57,346 nt of DNA from a virus (Duplodnaviria > Heunggongvirae > Uroviricota > Caudoviricetes). The stretch lies in the IMG/VR virus record IMGVR_UViG_2597490083_000002; one strand, 5' to 3'. Positions 1 to 9,952 of this stretch are shown piece by piece; the first letter of the stretch is position 1; the number at the start of each line of letters is the position of its first letter. The notes beneath the pieces were generated by a model. The model searched no databases, was not told the origin of the DNA, and saw only the letters and a program-made list of their open reading frames with translations. Both the position numbers and the translations under genes were made by a program.

Positions 1-561
1 TCAAAACTGAAAGCGCATCCAGGCAAAGTACACATTGCCATTGTTGTAGGTACCCGGAATGTAGGTCATCTGAAAAGTCACTGGGCCATAACCCACGGAG
101 GCCAATGGCAGTAGAACCGGGAGAGGGATGTAATTCCAGTTATCGCGTGCCGTTACGCCAGCGGTGAATCCCAGACCTAAATGAAAATTTTCATCCGCCA
201 GCGGTCGCCAGGTACTTTCCCATCCGTATCCGGCAATCGGTTCCCATTTGTTCCACGAGTCCTTAAATGCCATGGCATACAGGCCATGCCAGTTTCCTTT
301 TTCATCCCAACGCGACAGGCCAAAACCGCCACCCCACGGTCGCTCGTTATAGCGATCGGTTTTTTCTTTGTCGTAAGCGAAACGTGCATGCCAGGTGATG
401 GCAGGAATATATAAATCATAATGTTCAGGCTGTTGCCAGGTTTGTGCAATATTTTCTCTAAACGTTGTCATCCTCTCATCTGCGTTAGCAAAAACTTTAC
501 CAACGCTGATTAACTGAATAAAAACAAAGGAAAAGATAGCGACATATTTACTCACGTTCAT
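1..561 (-). CDS. pagP: Lipid A palmitoyltransferase PagP (CrcA)
   Basis: ORF 1..585 matches PagP along its length; start placed at internal [10 protein letters not shown] (186 aa), the signal-peptide start I recall for PagP. Confidence 0.9.
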   Translation of the reverse strand: MNVSKYVAIFSFVFIQLISVGKVFANADERMTTFRENIAQTWQQPEHYDLYIPAITWHARFAYDKEKTDRYNERPWGGGFGLSRWDEKGNWHGLYAMAFKDSWNKWEPIAGYGWESTWRPLADENFHLGLGFTAGVTARDNWNYIPLPVLLPLASVGYGPVTFQMTYIPGTYNNGNVYFAWMRFQF

Positions 562-1149
562 TTGTGACCATAAAACATTTATCAAAAATCTACTACTAGC
601 ATAGCAAAGCTACAATTAACATAACCTTAATAGACCCAACATAAAGAATAATCTGAATAGCTGCTCTATTTATTTCCGCTTGTTCAAGTTAAATATTTCC
701 GCGCATCGATTAAAGATGATGCGTCGTTTTCTGCGATGGGAATAGTCAAAAAAGAAAAACCAAGTCTTTTTTGATGACAAAATGCAATCAAGGAAAAATT
801 ATTTTATTTTTTTAACGAGATACAACAATCATCTTAACGAAGTATATAATATATATCGTCAACCCATGCTCATATTAGATTATTTTTTGAGCGCACAGCC
901 GCAGCTAACACCATTGCAATTAACAAATTTGCATCAATCCACCATCAATTTACACACATTATTATGTGATAATTGCCAACCGCTAAATATGCGTTTTGTT
1001 ATCTATGTATAAAAACAGCAACTTCAATGTCTTAATGGCAGTTTTTCTTGATTTTAATCAGCATTCATCGCCAATTTATTGGGCATATTTTTTCCTTAAG
1101 CTTTAGGAAGTTTTTATTATTTACTTTGGGCCTGGAGACAGGAAAAATT

Positions 1150-2535
1150 ATGCTGACATTCATTGAACTCCTTATTGGGGTTGTGGTTATTGTGGGTGTG
1201 GCTCGCTACATCATTAAAGGGTATTCCGCCACTGGTGTGTTATTTGTCGGTGGCCTGTTATTGCTGATTATCAGTGCCATTATGGGGCACAAAGTGTTAC
1301 CGTCCAGCCAGGCTTCAACAGGCTACAGCGCCACGGATATCGTTGAATACGTTAAAATATTACTAATGAGCCGCGGCGGCGACCTCGGCATGATGATTAT
1401 GATGCTGTGTGGCTTTGCCGCTTACATGACCCATATCGGCGCGAATGATATGGTGGTCAAGCTGGCGTCAAAACCATTGCAGTATATTAACTCCCCTTAC
1501 CTGCTGATGATTGCCGCCTATTTTGTTGCTTGTCTGATGTCACTGGCCGTCTCTTCCGCAACCGGTCTGGGGGTTTTGCTGATGGCAACCCTGTTTCCGG
1601 TGATGGTAAACGTTGGTATCAGTCGTGGCGCAGCAGCTGCCATTTGTGCCTCCCCGGCGGCGATTATTCTCGCACCGACTTCAGGGGATGTGGTGCTGGC
1701 GGCGCAGGCTTCCGAAATGTCGCTGATTGACTTCGCCTTCAAAACGACGCTGCCTATCTCAATTGCTGCAATTATCGGCATGGCGATCGCCCACTTCTTC
1801 TGGCAACGTTATCTGGATAAAAAAGAGCACATCTCTCATGAAATGTTAGATGTCAGTGAAATCACCACCACTGCCCCCGCGTTTTATGCCATTTTGCCGT
1901 TCACGCCGATCATCGGTGTACTGATTTTTGACGGTAAATGGGGTCCGCAATTACACATCATCACTATTCTGGTGATTTGTATGCTGATTGCCTCCATTCT
2001 GGAGTTCCTCCGCAGCTTTAATACCCAGAAAGTTTTCTCTGGTCTGGAAGTGGCTTATCGCGGGATGGCAGATGCGTTTGCTAACGTGGTGATGCTGCTG
2101 GTTGCCGCTGGGGTATTCGCTCAGGGGCTTAGCACCATCGGCTTTATTCAAAGTCTGATTTCTATCGCTACCTCGTTTGGTTCGGCGAGTATCATCCTGA
2201 TGCTGGTATTGGTGATTCTGACCATGCTGGCGGCAGTCACGACCGGTTCAGGCAATGCGCCGTTTTATGCGTTTGTTGAGATGATCCCGAAACTGGCGCA
2301 CTCTTCCGGCATTAACCCGGCGTATTTGACTATCCCGATGCTGCAGGCGTCAAACCTGGGTCGTACCCTATCACCCGTTTCTGGCGTAGTCGTTGCGGTT
2401 GCCGGGATGGCGAAAATCTCACCATTTGAAGTCGTAAAACGCACCTCGGTGCCGGTGCTTGTTGGGCTAGTGATTGTTATCGTTGCTACAGAGCTGATGG
2501 TGCCAGGAACGGCAGCAGCGGTCACAGGCAAGTAA
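1150..2535 (+). CDS. dcuC: Anaerobic C4-dicarboxylate transporter DcuC
   Basis: ORF 1048..2535; recognised DcuC N-terminus MLTFIELLIGVVV at 1150 after AGGAAA; 461 aa polytopic membrane protein, convergent with dpiA fragment as in E. coli. Confidence 0.9.
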   Translation: MLTFIELLIGVVVIVGVARYIIKGYSATGVLFVGGLLLLIISAIMGHKVLPSSQASTGYSATDIVEYVKILLMSRGGDLGMMIMMLCGFAAYMTHIGANDMVVKLASKPLQYINSPYLLMIAAYFVACLMSLAVSSATGLGVLLMATLFPVMVNVGISRGAAAAICASPAAIILAPTSGDVVLAAQASEMSLIDFAFKTTLPISIAAIIGMAIAHFFWQRYLDKKEHISHEMLDVSEITTTAPAFYAILPFTPIIGVLIFDGKWGPQLHIITILVICMLIASILEFLRSFNTQKVFSGLEVAYRGMADAFANVVMLLVAAGVFAQGLSTIGFIQSLISIATSFGSASIILMLVLVILTMLAAVTTGSGNAPFYAFVEMIPKLAHSSGINPAYLTIPMLQASNLGRTLSPVSGVVVAVAGMAKISPFEVVKRTSVPVLVGLVIVIVATELMVPGTAAAVTGK

Positions 2536-2543
2536 ATAGTAAT

Positions 2544-2570
2544 GCCGGAGGCAAGTTTCCTCCGGCTTTA
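2544..2570. terminator. Hairpin plus T-run between convergent dcuC and dpiA
   Basis: gccggagg-caagtttc-cctccggc followed by ttta; lies between the two convergent 3' ends. Confidence 0.45.
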
Positions 2571-2575
2571 TCATG

Positions 2576-2917
2576 TCACCCACTGTGGTATATGCGTTGT
2601 GGTCTGCCAACTTTGCCGTGAACAATTTCAGCAATAATCAGATGGCGGCTGGCGCAATATTCAAGATAACGCCTGGCAGTGGTGCGGCTGATGGTCAGTG
2701 CCTGCGCCACCGTTTCTGCCGTATGTTGCACACCAGGCTCTTTAAACAGTTTTCGCACCGCGTTTAGCGTCAAGGGGTCAATGCCGGTCGGCAGTTCGTC
2801 TTTGGGTTCACCGCGAGCATAGGCATTAAACATCTCATCAATTTGCTTCTGGCTGGCGCTATCAATACTTTCCAGCATATGTTTACGCTGGCGGAAACGG
2901 GTTAGCGTTTGCCCCAG
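2576..2917 (-). pseudogene. dpiA: dpiA (citB) response regulator, 3' fragment; 5' part displaced by Mu-like insertion
   Basis: ORF 2576..2878 has the winged-helix C-terminus (TTARRYLEYCASRHLIIAEIVHGKVGRPQRIYHSG); reading frame runs up to 2917 where Mu-type end sequence begins. Confidence 0.75.
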
Positions 2918-3254
2918 TGTATTGATTCACTTGAAGTACGAAAAAACCGGGAGAACATTGGATTATTCGGGATCTGATGGGATTAGATTTGGTGGGGCTT
3001 GCAAGCCTGTAGTACAAATTTTAGGCGTTAACCAATGAAACGCGAAAGATAGTAAAAAATTGCTTTTGTTTCATTGAAAAAACGAAAAACAAAAACACTA
3101 TAAATCATTTCAATCATAGCTTCAAAAAACGTTCAAAACCGATAACAACCAGGCTGTCATCAAATGACTCATATCACAAATCAGCTCATGCCGTTTAGGT
3201 ATGTTACATGTGTGATTATGTGAGGTGAAGTATGTTTTAGCTGGCTCATGGTTG
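2918..3254. promoter_or_regulatory. Mu-like attL terminal region (expected transposase end-binding sites)
   Basis: Position and sequence resemblance to the Mu left end as I recall it; individual binding sites not resolved. Confidence 0.45.
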
Positions 3255-3764
3255 TTATACGGCTTTTTTCGCATCTTGTGGTTCCAACAAAGGAGCTACA
3301 GGCTCTTCCTGTTTATGAACACCATACATTGACAAAATCTCTTGGCGAGTTTCTGGAGGTAATTTATGCAGCGCCAAAGCTGTTTGTAGTGTTTGGCGAT
3401 CAATACCCAGCGTTGCCAATAGGGTGTCAACGGAGATGGAGGGGCGTTCTTGCATTAATCCGGAAAGCCCATATTTAGCCATGTTTAGCTCTATCTCTCG
3501 GACTTCATTTTCTCCTAGTTTATTGATTAACAGGGAGAACATTTTCAATGTATCAGCATTCATTTCTTCGATAGCAATTTTTTGCATAGCCGGTATTGCC
3601 GGGATATATTCAACCCCAGGCCCGCGACGCCCTTCTTGTGAACGCTTCGGCCATCCTTCTTTCTTTGCTCGTTTATGCACCCCCTGTATTGTCCCAGGCA
3701 TTCCATCCAGTTCAGTAATTTGTTTGGGTGTCATCCACTGGTTTATCTCATTTGCGCTTTTCAT
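3255..3764 (-). CDS. Mu-like repressor c
   Basis: 169 aa; N-terminal winged-helix similar to the transposase N-terminus (GMPGTIQGVHKRAKKEGWPKR); C-terminus ...EILSMYGVHKQEEPVAPLLEPQDAKKAV resembles Mu Repc tail. Confidence 0.8.
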   Translation of the reverse strand: MKSANEINQWMTPKQITELDGMPGTIQGVHKRAKKEGWPKRSQEGRRGPGVEYIPAIPAMQKIAIEEMNADTLKMFSLLINKLGENEVREIELNMAKYGLSGLMQERPSISVDTLLATLGIDRQTLQTALALHKLPPETRQEILSMYGVHKQEEPVAPLLEPQDAKKAV

Positions 3765-3935
3765 AAACTAAGTTTACCAGATTTATCTATATAAAAATCA
3801 ATGGATTACAAAATAAACCACATTAACTGATATAAACCGGTTTGGTTTATTTGGTAATGTATAAAACAGATAATCAAGACGAATTATTTGTTTTGGTAAC
3901 CCTTTATCATACGCAATATGGTTGGTGTGCGAAAG
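3765..3935. promoter_or_regulatory. Divergent c / ner-A control region (operator and early promoter expected)
   Basis: AT-rich intergenic region between divergent repressor and ner; by analogy to the Mu O1-O3/Pe region. Confidence 0.4.
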
Positions 3936-4172
3936 ATGAGTAACGATTGGCATCGGGCCGACGTGATTGCGGCCCTCAAAAAAACAGGAACCCCTCTGGC
4001 AAAATTGTCCAGACGTTCAGGTTATTCAACCGGGACGCTTGCAAATGCATTAGTCAGGCCATGGCCTAAAGGTGAACGCATTATTGCTGACGCCTTAAAC
4101 ATGAAACCTGAGGAAATTTGGCCTAGTAGATATCTAAGGGATCACAATGAGAGAGTGGATATCAGCAATTGA
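3936..4172 (+). CDS. ner: Ner-like DNA-binding protein
   Basis: [13 protein letters not shown]...TLANAL...WPKGE..IA.AL...PE.IWPSRY matches Ner family; start at MSNDW inside ORF 3918..4172. Confidence 0.8.
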
Positions 4173-5781
4173 ATGCATGGGTTTATCTGGTTTACCTGGT
4201 TCATTAATGGGGGTTCACAAAAGAGCTCAGAGAGAAGGATGGCTCAAGAGAAGAAGAGAAGGAATTAGAGGGGTTGCTTACGAATACCATATATCTTCTC
4301 TTCCTAACATTGCTCGAGCTGAAGTTTTGCTCCAACAAGGAAAATTTAAAACCAGTCAGGGATGTTTTGAAATCGCCCGCCCCACGCTGGAAGCTCATGA
4401 TTATGATCGTGAGGCACTATGGAGCAAATGGGATAAAGCCAGCGATTCCCAGCGCAGCCTGGCTGAAAAATGGTTGCCCTCAATTCAGGCCACAGACGAA
4501 ATGCTGAACCAGGGGATTTCAACGAAAACGGCTTTTGCGACCGTTGCAGGGCATTACCAGGTCAGCGCATCCACTTTGCGGGACAAGTATTACCAGGTAC
4601 AGAAGTTTGCGAAGCCTGACTGGGCGGCTGCACTTGTTGATGGACGTGGAGCATCCCGTCGCAATGTTCACAAAAGTGAATTTGACGAGGATGCCTGGCA
4701 GTTTCTGATTGCAGATTATCTGCGACCGGAAAAACCCGCCTTCCGCAAATGTTATGAGCGTCTGGAACTGGCAGCCCGCGAGCATGGCTGGAGTATTCCC
4801 TCCCGTGCCACGGCCTTTCGCCGGATTCAGCAACTGGACGAGGCAATGGTTGTTGCCTGTCGTGAAGGTGAACATGCACTGATGCATCTGATACCGGCAC
4901 AGCAGCGAACTGTGGAACACCTGGACGCCATGCAGTGGATCAACGGCGACGGTTATCTGCATAACGTCTTTGTACGCTGGTTTAACGGTGATGTGATCCG
5001 TCCGAAAACATGGTTCTGGCAGGATGTGAAAACCCGAAAAATTCTGGGCTGGCGCTGCGATGTGAGCGAGAACATTGATTCAATTCGCCTCTCGTTCATG
5101 GATGTTGTGACTCGCTACAGTATCCCGGAGGATTTTCACATCACCATTGATAACACCCGTGGTGCTGCGAATAAATGGCTGACGGGAGGCGCGCCCAATC
5201 GCTACCGCTTTAAGGTAAAAGAGGACGATCCAAAAGGACTGTTTTTACTGATGGGTGCGAAAATGCACTGGACAAGCGTTGTTGCCGGTAAAGGCTGGGG
5301 CCAGGCAAAACCTGTTGAACGTGCTTTCGGTGTTGGTGGGCTTGAGGAATACGTTGATAAGCATCCGGCACTGGCTGGCGCATATACGGGGCCAAATCCG
5401 CAGGCAAAACCTGATAACTATGGCGACCACGCTGTTGATGCAGAGCTGTTTCTGAAAACCTTTGCCGAAGGTGTGGCGATGTTCAATGCCAGAACAGGCC
5501 GTGAAACAGAAATGTGCGGGGGCAAACTCTCGTTTGATGATGTTTTCGAGCGTGAATACGCCAGAACGATTGTGCGTAAGCCAACCGAAGAACAAAAACG
5601 GATGCTGTTACTGCCTGCCGAGGCGGTGAACGTTTCACGCAAAGGCGAGTTTACGCTTAAAGTTGGCGGCTCCCTTAAAGGCGCGAAAAACGTTTATTAC
5701 AACATGGCATTAATGAATGCCGGAGTGAAAAAAGTTGTGGTCAGATTTGATCCACAGCAGTTACACAGCACGGTTTATTGA
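4147..5781 (+). pseudogene. Mu-type DDE transposase A, truncated at residue 544 by IS600
   Basis: Strong identity to MuA as I recall it, through ...[15 protein letters not shown]; the stop codon TGA is the first 3 nt of the IS600 terminal repeat; C-terminal domain absent. Confidence 0.85.
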
Positions 5782-5842
5782 GATAGCCTGAGTTTAACGG
5801 ACACTCCTTCCTGAAATAGAATGGCATCAGAAGGAGCTAATA

Positions 5843-6145
5843 ATGAGCAGAAAAACCCAACGTTACTCTAAAGAGTTCAAAGCCGAAGCTGTCAGAACGG
5901 TTCTTGAAAATCAACTTTCGATCAGTGAAGGCGCTTCCCGATTATCCCTTCCTGAAGGCACTTTAGGACAATGGGTTACCGCCGCCAGAAAAGGGCTCGG
6001 TACTCCTGGTTCCCGCACGGTGGCTGAACTGGAATCTGAAATTCTGCAACTGCGTAAGGCGTTAAATGAAGCTCGCCTTGAGCGCGATATATTAAAAAAA
6101 GCAACAGCGTATTTTGCACAGGAGTCGCTGAAAAATACGCGTTAA
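5843..6145 (+). CDS. IS600 OrfA
   Basis: 100-aa HTH/leucine-zipper protein; identical copies at 20399..20701(-) and 29973..30275(+). Confidence 0.9.
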   Translation: MSRKTQRYSKEFKAEAVRTVLENQLSISEGASRLSLPEGTLGQWVTAARKGLGTPGSRTVAELESEILQLRKALNEARLERDILKKATAYFAQESLKNTR

Positions 6146-6180
6146 TCGAACAATGGCGACAACAATTTCCCATTGAAGCG

Positions 6181-6999
6181 ATGTGTCAGGTATTTGGTGT
6201 ATCCAGGAGCGGTTATTACAACTGGGTACAGCATGAACCCTCAGACAGAAAACAAAGTGATGAGCGGCTAAAACTGGAGATTAAGGTGGCACATATCCGC
6301 ACTCGCGAAACATATGGAACCCGGCGGCTCCAGACGGAGCTGGCAGAGAATGGCATCATCGTTGGTCGTGACCGACTGGCACGTCTTCGTAAGGAGCTGA
6401 GGCTACGCTGTAAGCAGAAACGCAAGTTCAGAGCGACTACGAACCCGAACCACAATCTGCCAGTTGCGCCAAATCTGCTGAACCAGACGTTCGCTCCTAC
6501 AGCACCAAATCAGGTCTGGGTGGCGGACCTGACGTATGTTGCCACACAGGAGGGATGGTTGTACCTCGCTGGCATCAAAGATGTTTATACGTGCGAAATT
6601 GTCGGCTACGCCATGGGAGAGCGCATGACAAAAGAGCTGACAGGTAAAGCCCTGTTTATGGCGCTCAGGAGCCAGCGCCCACCTGCCGGGCTAATCCACC
6701 ACTCTGATCGAGGTTCACAGTACTGCGCATACGATTACCGGGTCATACAGGAGCAGTCTGGTCTGAAAACATCAATGTCGCGTAAAGGTAACTGTTACGA
6801 CAACGCTCCGATGGAAAGCTTCTGGGGAACGCTGAAAAATGAGAGCCTGAGCCACTATCGTTTTAATAACCGGGATGAAGCCATCTCAGTAATACGGGAA
6901 TACATTGAGATTTTCTACAATCGTCAGCGTCGTCACTCTCGTCTGGGGAATATCTCCCCGGCAGCCTTCAGGGAAAAATATCATCAGATGGCTGCTTAA
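6181..6999 (+). CDS. IS600 OrfB (DDE catalytic domain; normally made as OrfAB by -1 frameshift)
   Basis: 272-aa IS3-family integrase-core ORF; identical copies elsewhere in window. Confidence 0.9.
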   Translation: MCQVFGVSRSGYYNWVQHEPSDRKQSDERLKLEIKVAHIRTRETYGTRRLQTELAENGIIVGRDRLARLRKELRLRCKQKRKFRATTNPNHNLPVAPNLLNQTFAPTAPNQVWVADLTYVATQEGWLYLAGIKDVYTCEIVGYAMGERMTKELTGKALFMALRSQRPPAGLIHHSDRGSQYCAYDYRVIQEQSGLKTSMSRKGNCYDNAPMESFWGTLKNESLSHYRFNNRDEAISVIREYIEIFYNRQRRHSRLGNISPAAFREKYHQMAA

Positions 7000-7042
7000 A
7001 AAAAGAACAAATGGTAGTGTCCGCTATTGCCAGTACACCTCA

Positions 7043-7241
7043 ATTCTTTGGCATTTTTTACCTCGTTACGCGCGTCTGTGGCTTTGCCAACGGATACTTC
7101 CGCGTGCGCACGAGTGAACCAGTGCGTGGCAACGTCTTCCTCCACAACATGACGGCCTTTAACAAACTCGCGCCGAGAACCGTCGGGAAGCGTGAGCACA
7201 AACGGGGTATGTACGTGTATTACTGCATCATTTTTTGCCAT
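7043..7241 (-). pseudogene. Hypothetical phage protein, 3' end removed by IS600
   Basis: ORF 6996..7241 runs into the IS600 right end; phage-derived part is 7043..7241, directly upstream of the capsid gene. Confidence 0.4.
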
Positions 7242-7282
7242 CGGGTCATCCTTAATGGCCCCGCCAGGGGGCCATGTGGCTG

Positions 7283-8224
7283 TTAAATGCCATCAACGTA
7301 CGAAATGGTTTCTTTGTACACTGGCTCGACTGCACCCAGCTTGCCGTAGTAAGTGACGATCTGATACAGACCGCGATACTGCACCGGCACGCTCTGAAGC
7401 GGAACCAGCGGGTAGCGGACGTATTTTTTATCGTTGGTGTACGCAACTATGCGATCCTTATTCCCCACACCACGGCCTTTCAGCCATTTAACCGCGCGGA
7501 TATTCAGCGGAACACCGTTCTGGTGATAGCTGATGGTGTTGGTCTGAAGGTTCGTCAACAGGGACTGGTTACCTGCAGATGAAACGATGATGCTGGACAA
7601 CAGAGCAAACTGCTCAGGCGGGATCAGCAAATCACGCGGAACCACAGAGTAACCAGAAGCGGCCCACGCATCAGACAGCACCTGGTTAATGCTTGCGCGG
7701 ATTTCGTCCGGTGTTGAGGTTGCCCACGTTTTGGCAGCGTTGTTGACAGGCACGCCGTCCAGGGTAACAAGGCCTTTCAGGTTTAATGCGGAATCGCCAA
7801 CATATACCTGTTCATCGTTATCCATCTGCCATTTCAGTTGCATACCGTCATACTTCTGCGTATCAATCGGGCGGCCGACCTGCTGAGCAGCCTGCAATTC
7901 TATGACCGTCCAGCCAAGTTCCATCCCCCACAGGTTCAGCGGGTTACCGGATTTGCCGATATCCACGTTCACGCCAGCAATAGCGGTTGAGTCTTTGCCT
8001 ACCCAGTTTTTTCCATTCGGATTTGCGCCAGTACCCGCAGCGGCGAAGCTGGTATTCGTCCAGCTGGAAATGTCATCTGCGATGGAGGCGTCTTCACGCA
8101 GTTGAATATCGCGGCTCCAGGTGTACCCCACCAGTGGCAGGTTCAGCGTCTGGTCGAGTCTCTCCAGCTCCCCGATGAGAAAGGCACCAGAGCTGTCAAC
8201 GGTTGCCTGATCAAAAGTAATCAT
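7283..8224 (-). CDS. Putative phage major capsid protein
   Basis: 313 aa, last gene of a terS-terL-portal-head morphogenesis-scaffold-capsid order; assignment by position and composition, not a recognised named homolog. Confidence 0.55.
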   Translation of the reverse strand: MITFDQATVDSSGAFLIGELERLDQTLNLPLVGYTWSRDIQLREDASIADDISSWTNTSFAAAGTGANPNGKNWVGKDSTAIAGVNVDIGKSGNPLNLWGMELGWTVIELQAAQQVGRPIDTQKYDGMQLKWQMDNDEQVYVGDSALNLKGLVTLDGVPVNNAAKTWATSTPDEIRASINQVLSDAWAASGYSVVPRDLLIPPEQFALLSSIIVSSAGNQSLLTNLQTNTISYHQNGVPLNIRAVKWLKGRGVGNKDRIVAYTNDKKYVRYPLVPLQSVPVQYRGLYQIVTYYGKLGAVEPVYKETISYVDGI

Positions 8225-8368
8225 TCGTCTGTTCCTTAAATCTTCCAGGAAATTTCTGCATTGCCGTCAGCATCACCGGCACCTGTGAATTCAGCGTTGG
8301 TCAGCACCACGTTTTTGCCACTGACTGACGTGGACATGAATCCACCCAGAGGCACTTTGATGGATTCA

Positions 8369-8725
8369 TCAGTGGAGATCGCCTTTTTTGATAGTGCTGG
8401 CATCAAAATCAGAACCGAGATTAACGGTCACGTAGCCACGCTTCATGGCGTCGCCCGGGAAGTTCTTGCCTGTTCCCACCTGGCGAACCATGTCCGGCTG
8501 CGACGTGGTCGGATAAGGGCGCACGTAGATCCCCTTCACCTTGTCTGCGGTATCACCATCTGCCAGCGGCACGAAAAAACCGTCATCATCGTATTTACCA
8601 GCCAGGCCATAGGCAGCGAAGGCGTTATCGGATTTAAGGACCACCGGTTCGACGGTTAAGTCCTGCGGGCGAGAGACAGCCCCGGCAATGCCAACAGGCA
8701 TCCGGTACAGAAATACATTATTCAT
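8369..8725 (-). CDS. Phage head protein (hypothetical; decoration-like small protein)
   Basis: 118 aa between scaffold/protease-like gene and capsid gene. Confidence 0.35.
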   Translation of the reverse strand: MNNVFLYRMPVGIAGAVSRPQDLTVEPVVLKSDNAFAAYGLAGKYDDDGFFVPLADGDTADKVKGIYVRPYPTTSQPDMVRQVGTGKNFPGDAMKRGYVTVNLGSDFDASTIKKGDLH

Positions 8726-8728
8726 TTT

Positions 8729-9949
8729 TTACCCTTTACGGTTTGCCCAGAATTCAGCGTTTTGTTTGTTCAGGGAAGCGATACTGGTCATGCCCATGTT
8801 TAGGCGCTGTGCATCGCCGGTGGTGGCGCGGGTGTTTCGCCCTTTGGCAACCTCAGACACGGCATTAAACGCCATGTCGACCGATTGTTTCGGTAATTTG
8901 CGGATATCCGCATCACCGACTATCTGGCGAACCAGCGTTTTGTCAGCAGAAGCCAGAACCTCGCGTTTGAACGCGGTCGGTTTCATCTTACGGCTCAGAT
9001 CGATACCCGGAACGATAACTTCGGCACGCCAGGCTGAGTCACCAGTAATCGTGGTTTCCTCTTCATCGTCCTCGCCGTCACCGGTCGGATTATCGTCAGG
9101 CTTATTATCGTTATCGCCCGTGGCATTTCTTTCCAGCTTAGCCAGCAGGGCTTTCAGTAATGTTTTGAGGTCATCATCACTGTCGCCGGTTGGATCTCCG
9201 CCCATCTCTGGTGCTTTGTCCGGTAGTGGTTGCTGCGGGGACAGGTTGATGTTGAGATTAACGCCCTGCGGCAAATCCCCCTCATCTCCTGTAACCGATG
9301 CGGGAGCCGACTCCACCAGTTCGTTCATGGTGTCGGCATCTCCTGTCTTGATGGCCGCACGCATGCGGTTCCACCAGTTTTTCTTTTGATTTGCCATTGT
9401 GTCTCTGTCTCCAATTGCACAACGATTTCCGGCTCTGCCTTTAGGGACAAGAGCCACATGGTTTCCGGTAATATCGACCTGCTCGGCTTTACCTGGCTCG
9501 GTCTGCTCGTACTCCGCGTCATAGCCGCACGACACTTCGCGCAGGCCATCTTCGATAAGCTGAATGGCGCTTTCGTCTTTGACGATAAGGTCAGCCAGCA
9601 TCAAATCAGACTGCTCACCCGTCCCGCGCCGGACATTCTGGAGGTGCCCGACAGCAAGCACTTTCCAGTTCTCGGGATTTACCAGCCGCACATTCCCGTT
9701 TTCATCTTCAGGATGCAGGATCGTGATGCTCATCCCTTCGAATGAGGCAAGCGTGGCCGGATGGAATACCTGCTCAGGAGAACGCGTGACGACTATTTCA
9801 ACGAACTTATCGGGTTTCAGTTTTGGCAGGTCATCAGCACCATAGAGCTGCTTACCTGTTCGTCCTATCGGCACGTCTTTGCACAGCAACGAGCCGTCAG
9901 CCAGGCGGTATCGGGTTTCCCCGAGCCTGGTCTCAAAAAAGTATTTCAT
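8729..9949 (-). CDS. Putative head scaffold/maturation protein
   Basis: 406 aa with long acidic low-complexity central tract (GDSDDDL...GDGEDDEEETT), typical of scaffold-type proteins; position between head-morphogenesis and capsid genes. Confidence 0.45.
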   Translation of the reverse strand: MKYFFETRLGETRYRLADGSLLCKDVPIGRTGKQLYGADDLPKLKPDKFVEIVVTRSPEQVFHPATLASFEGMSITILHPEDENGNVRLVNPENWKVLAVGHLQNVRRGTGEQSDLMLADLIVKDESAIQLIEDGLREVSCGYDAEYEQTEPGKAEQVDITGNHVALVPKGRAGNRCAIGDRDTMANQKKNWWNRMRAAIKTGDADTMNELVESAPASVTGDEGDLPQGVNLNINLSPQQPLPDKAPEMGGDPTGDSDDDLKTLLKALLAKLERNATGDNDNKPDDNPTGDGEDDEEETTITGDSAWRAEVIVPGIDLSRKMKPTAFKREVLASADKTLVRQIVGDADIRKLPKQSVDMAFNAVSEVAKGRNTRATTGDAQRLNMGMTSIASLNKQNAEFWANRKG

Positions 9950-9952
9950 GGG

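Larger units (their letters stand above)
2918..5778 (+). mobile_element. Mu-like transposable prophage, left-end remnant (attL to truncated A)
   Basis: Begins TGTATTGATTCACTTGAAGTACGAAAAAA (Mu left-end type terminus); gene order c(-), ner(+), A(+) as in Mu; ends where IS600 starts. Confidence 0.8.
5779..7042 (+). mobile_element. IS600 (IS3 family), copy 1
   Basis: 1264 bp, ends tgagatagcctgag...gtacacctca; orfA then orfB. No matching direct repeats flank it. Confidence 0.9.

Noticed and set aside
1518-2531. Several 66-88-aa ORFs on both strands inside dcuC
   Set aside because: Nested within or antisense to dcuC; no start context or homology.
4519-4962. 147-aa and 112-aa minus-strand ORFs inside the Mu-type A gene
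   Set aside because: Antisense to a strongly supported transposase reading frame.
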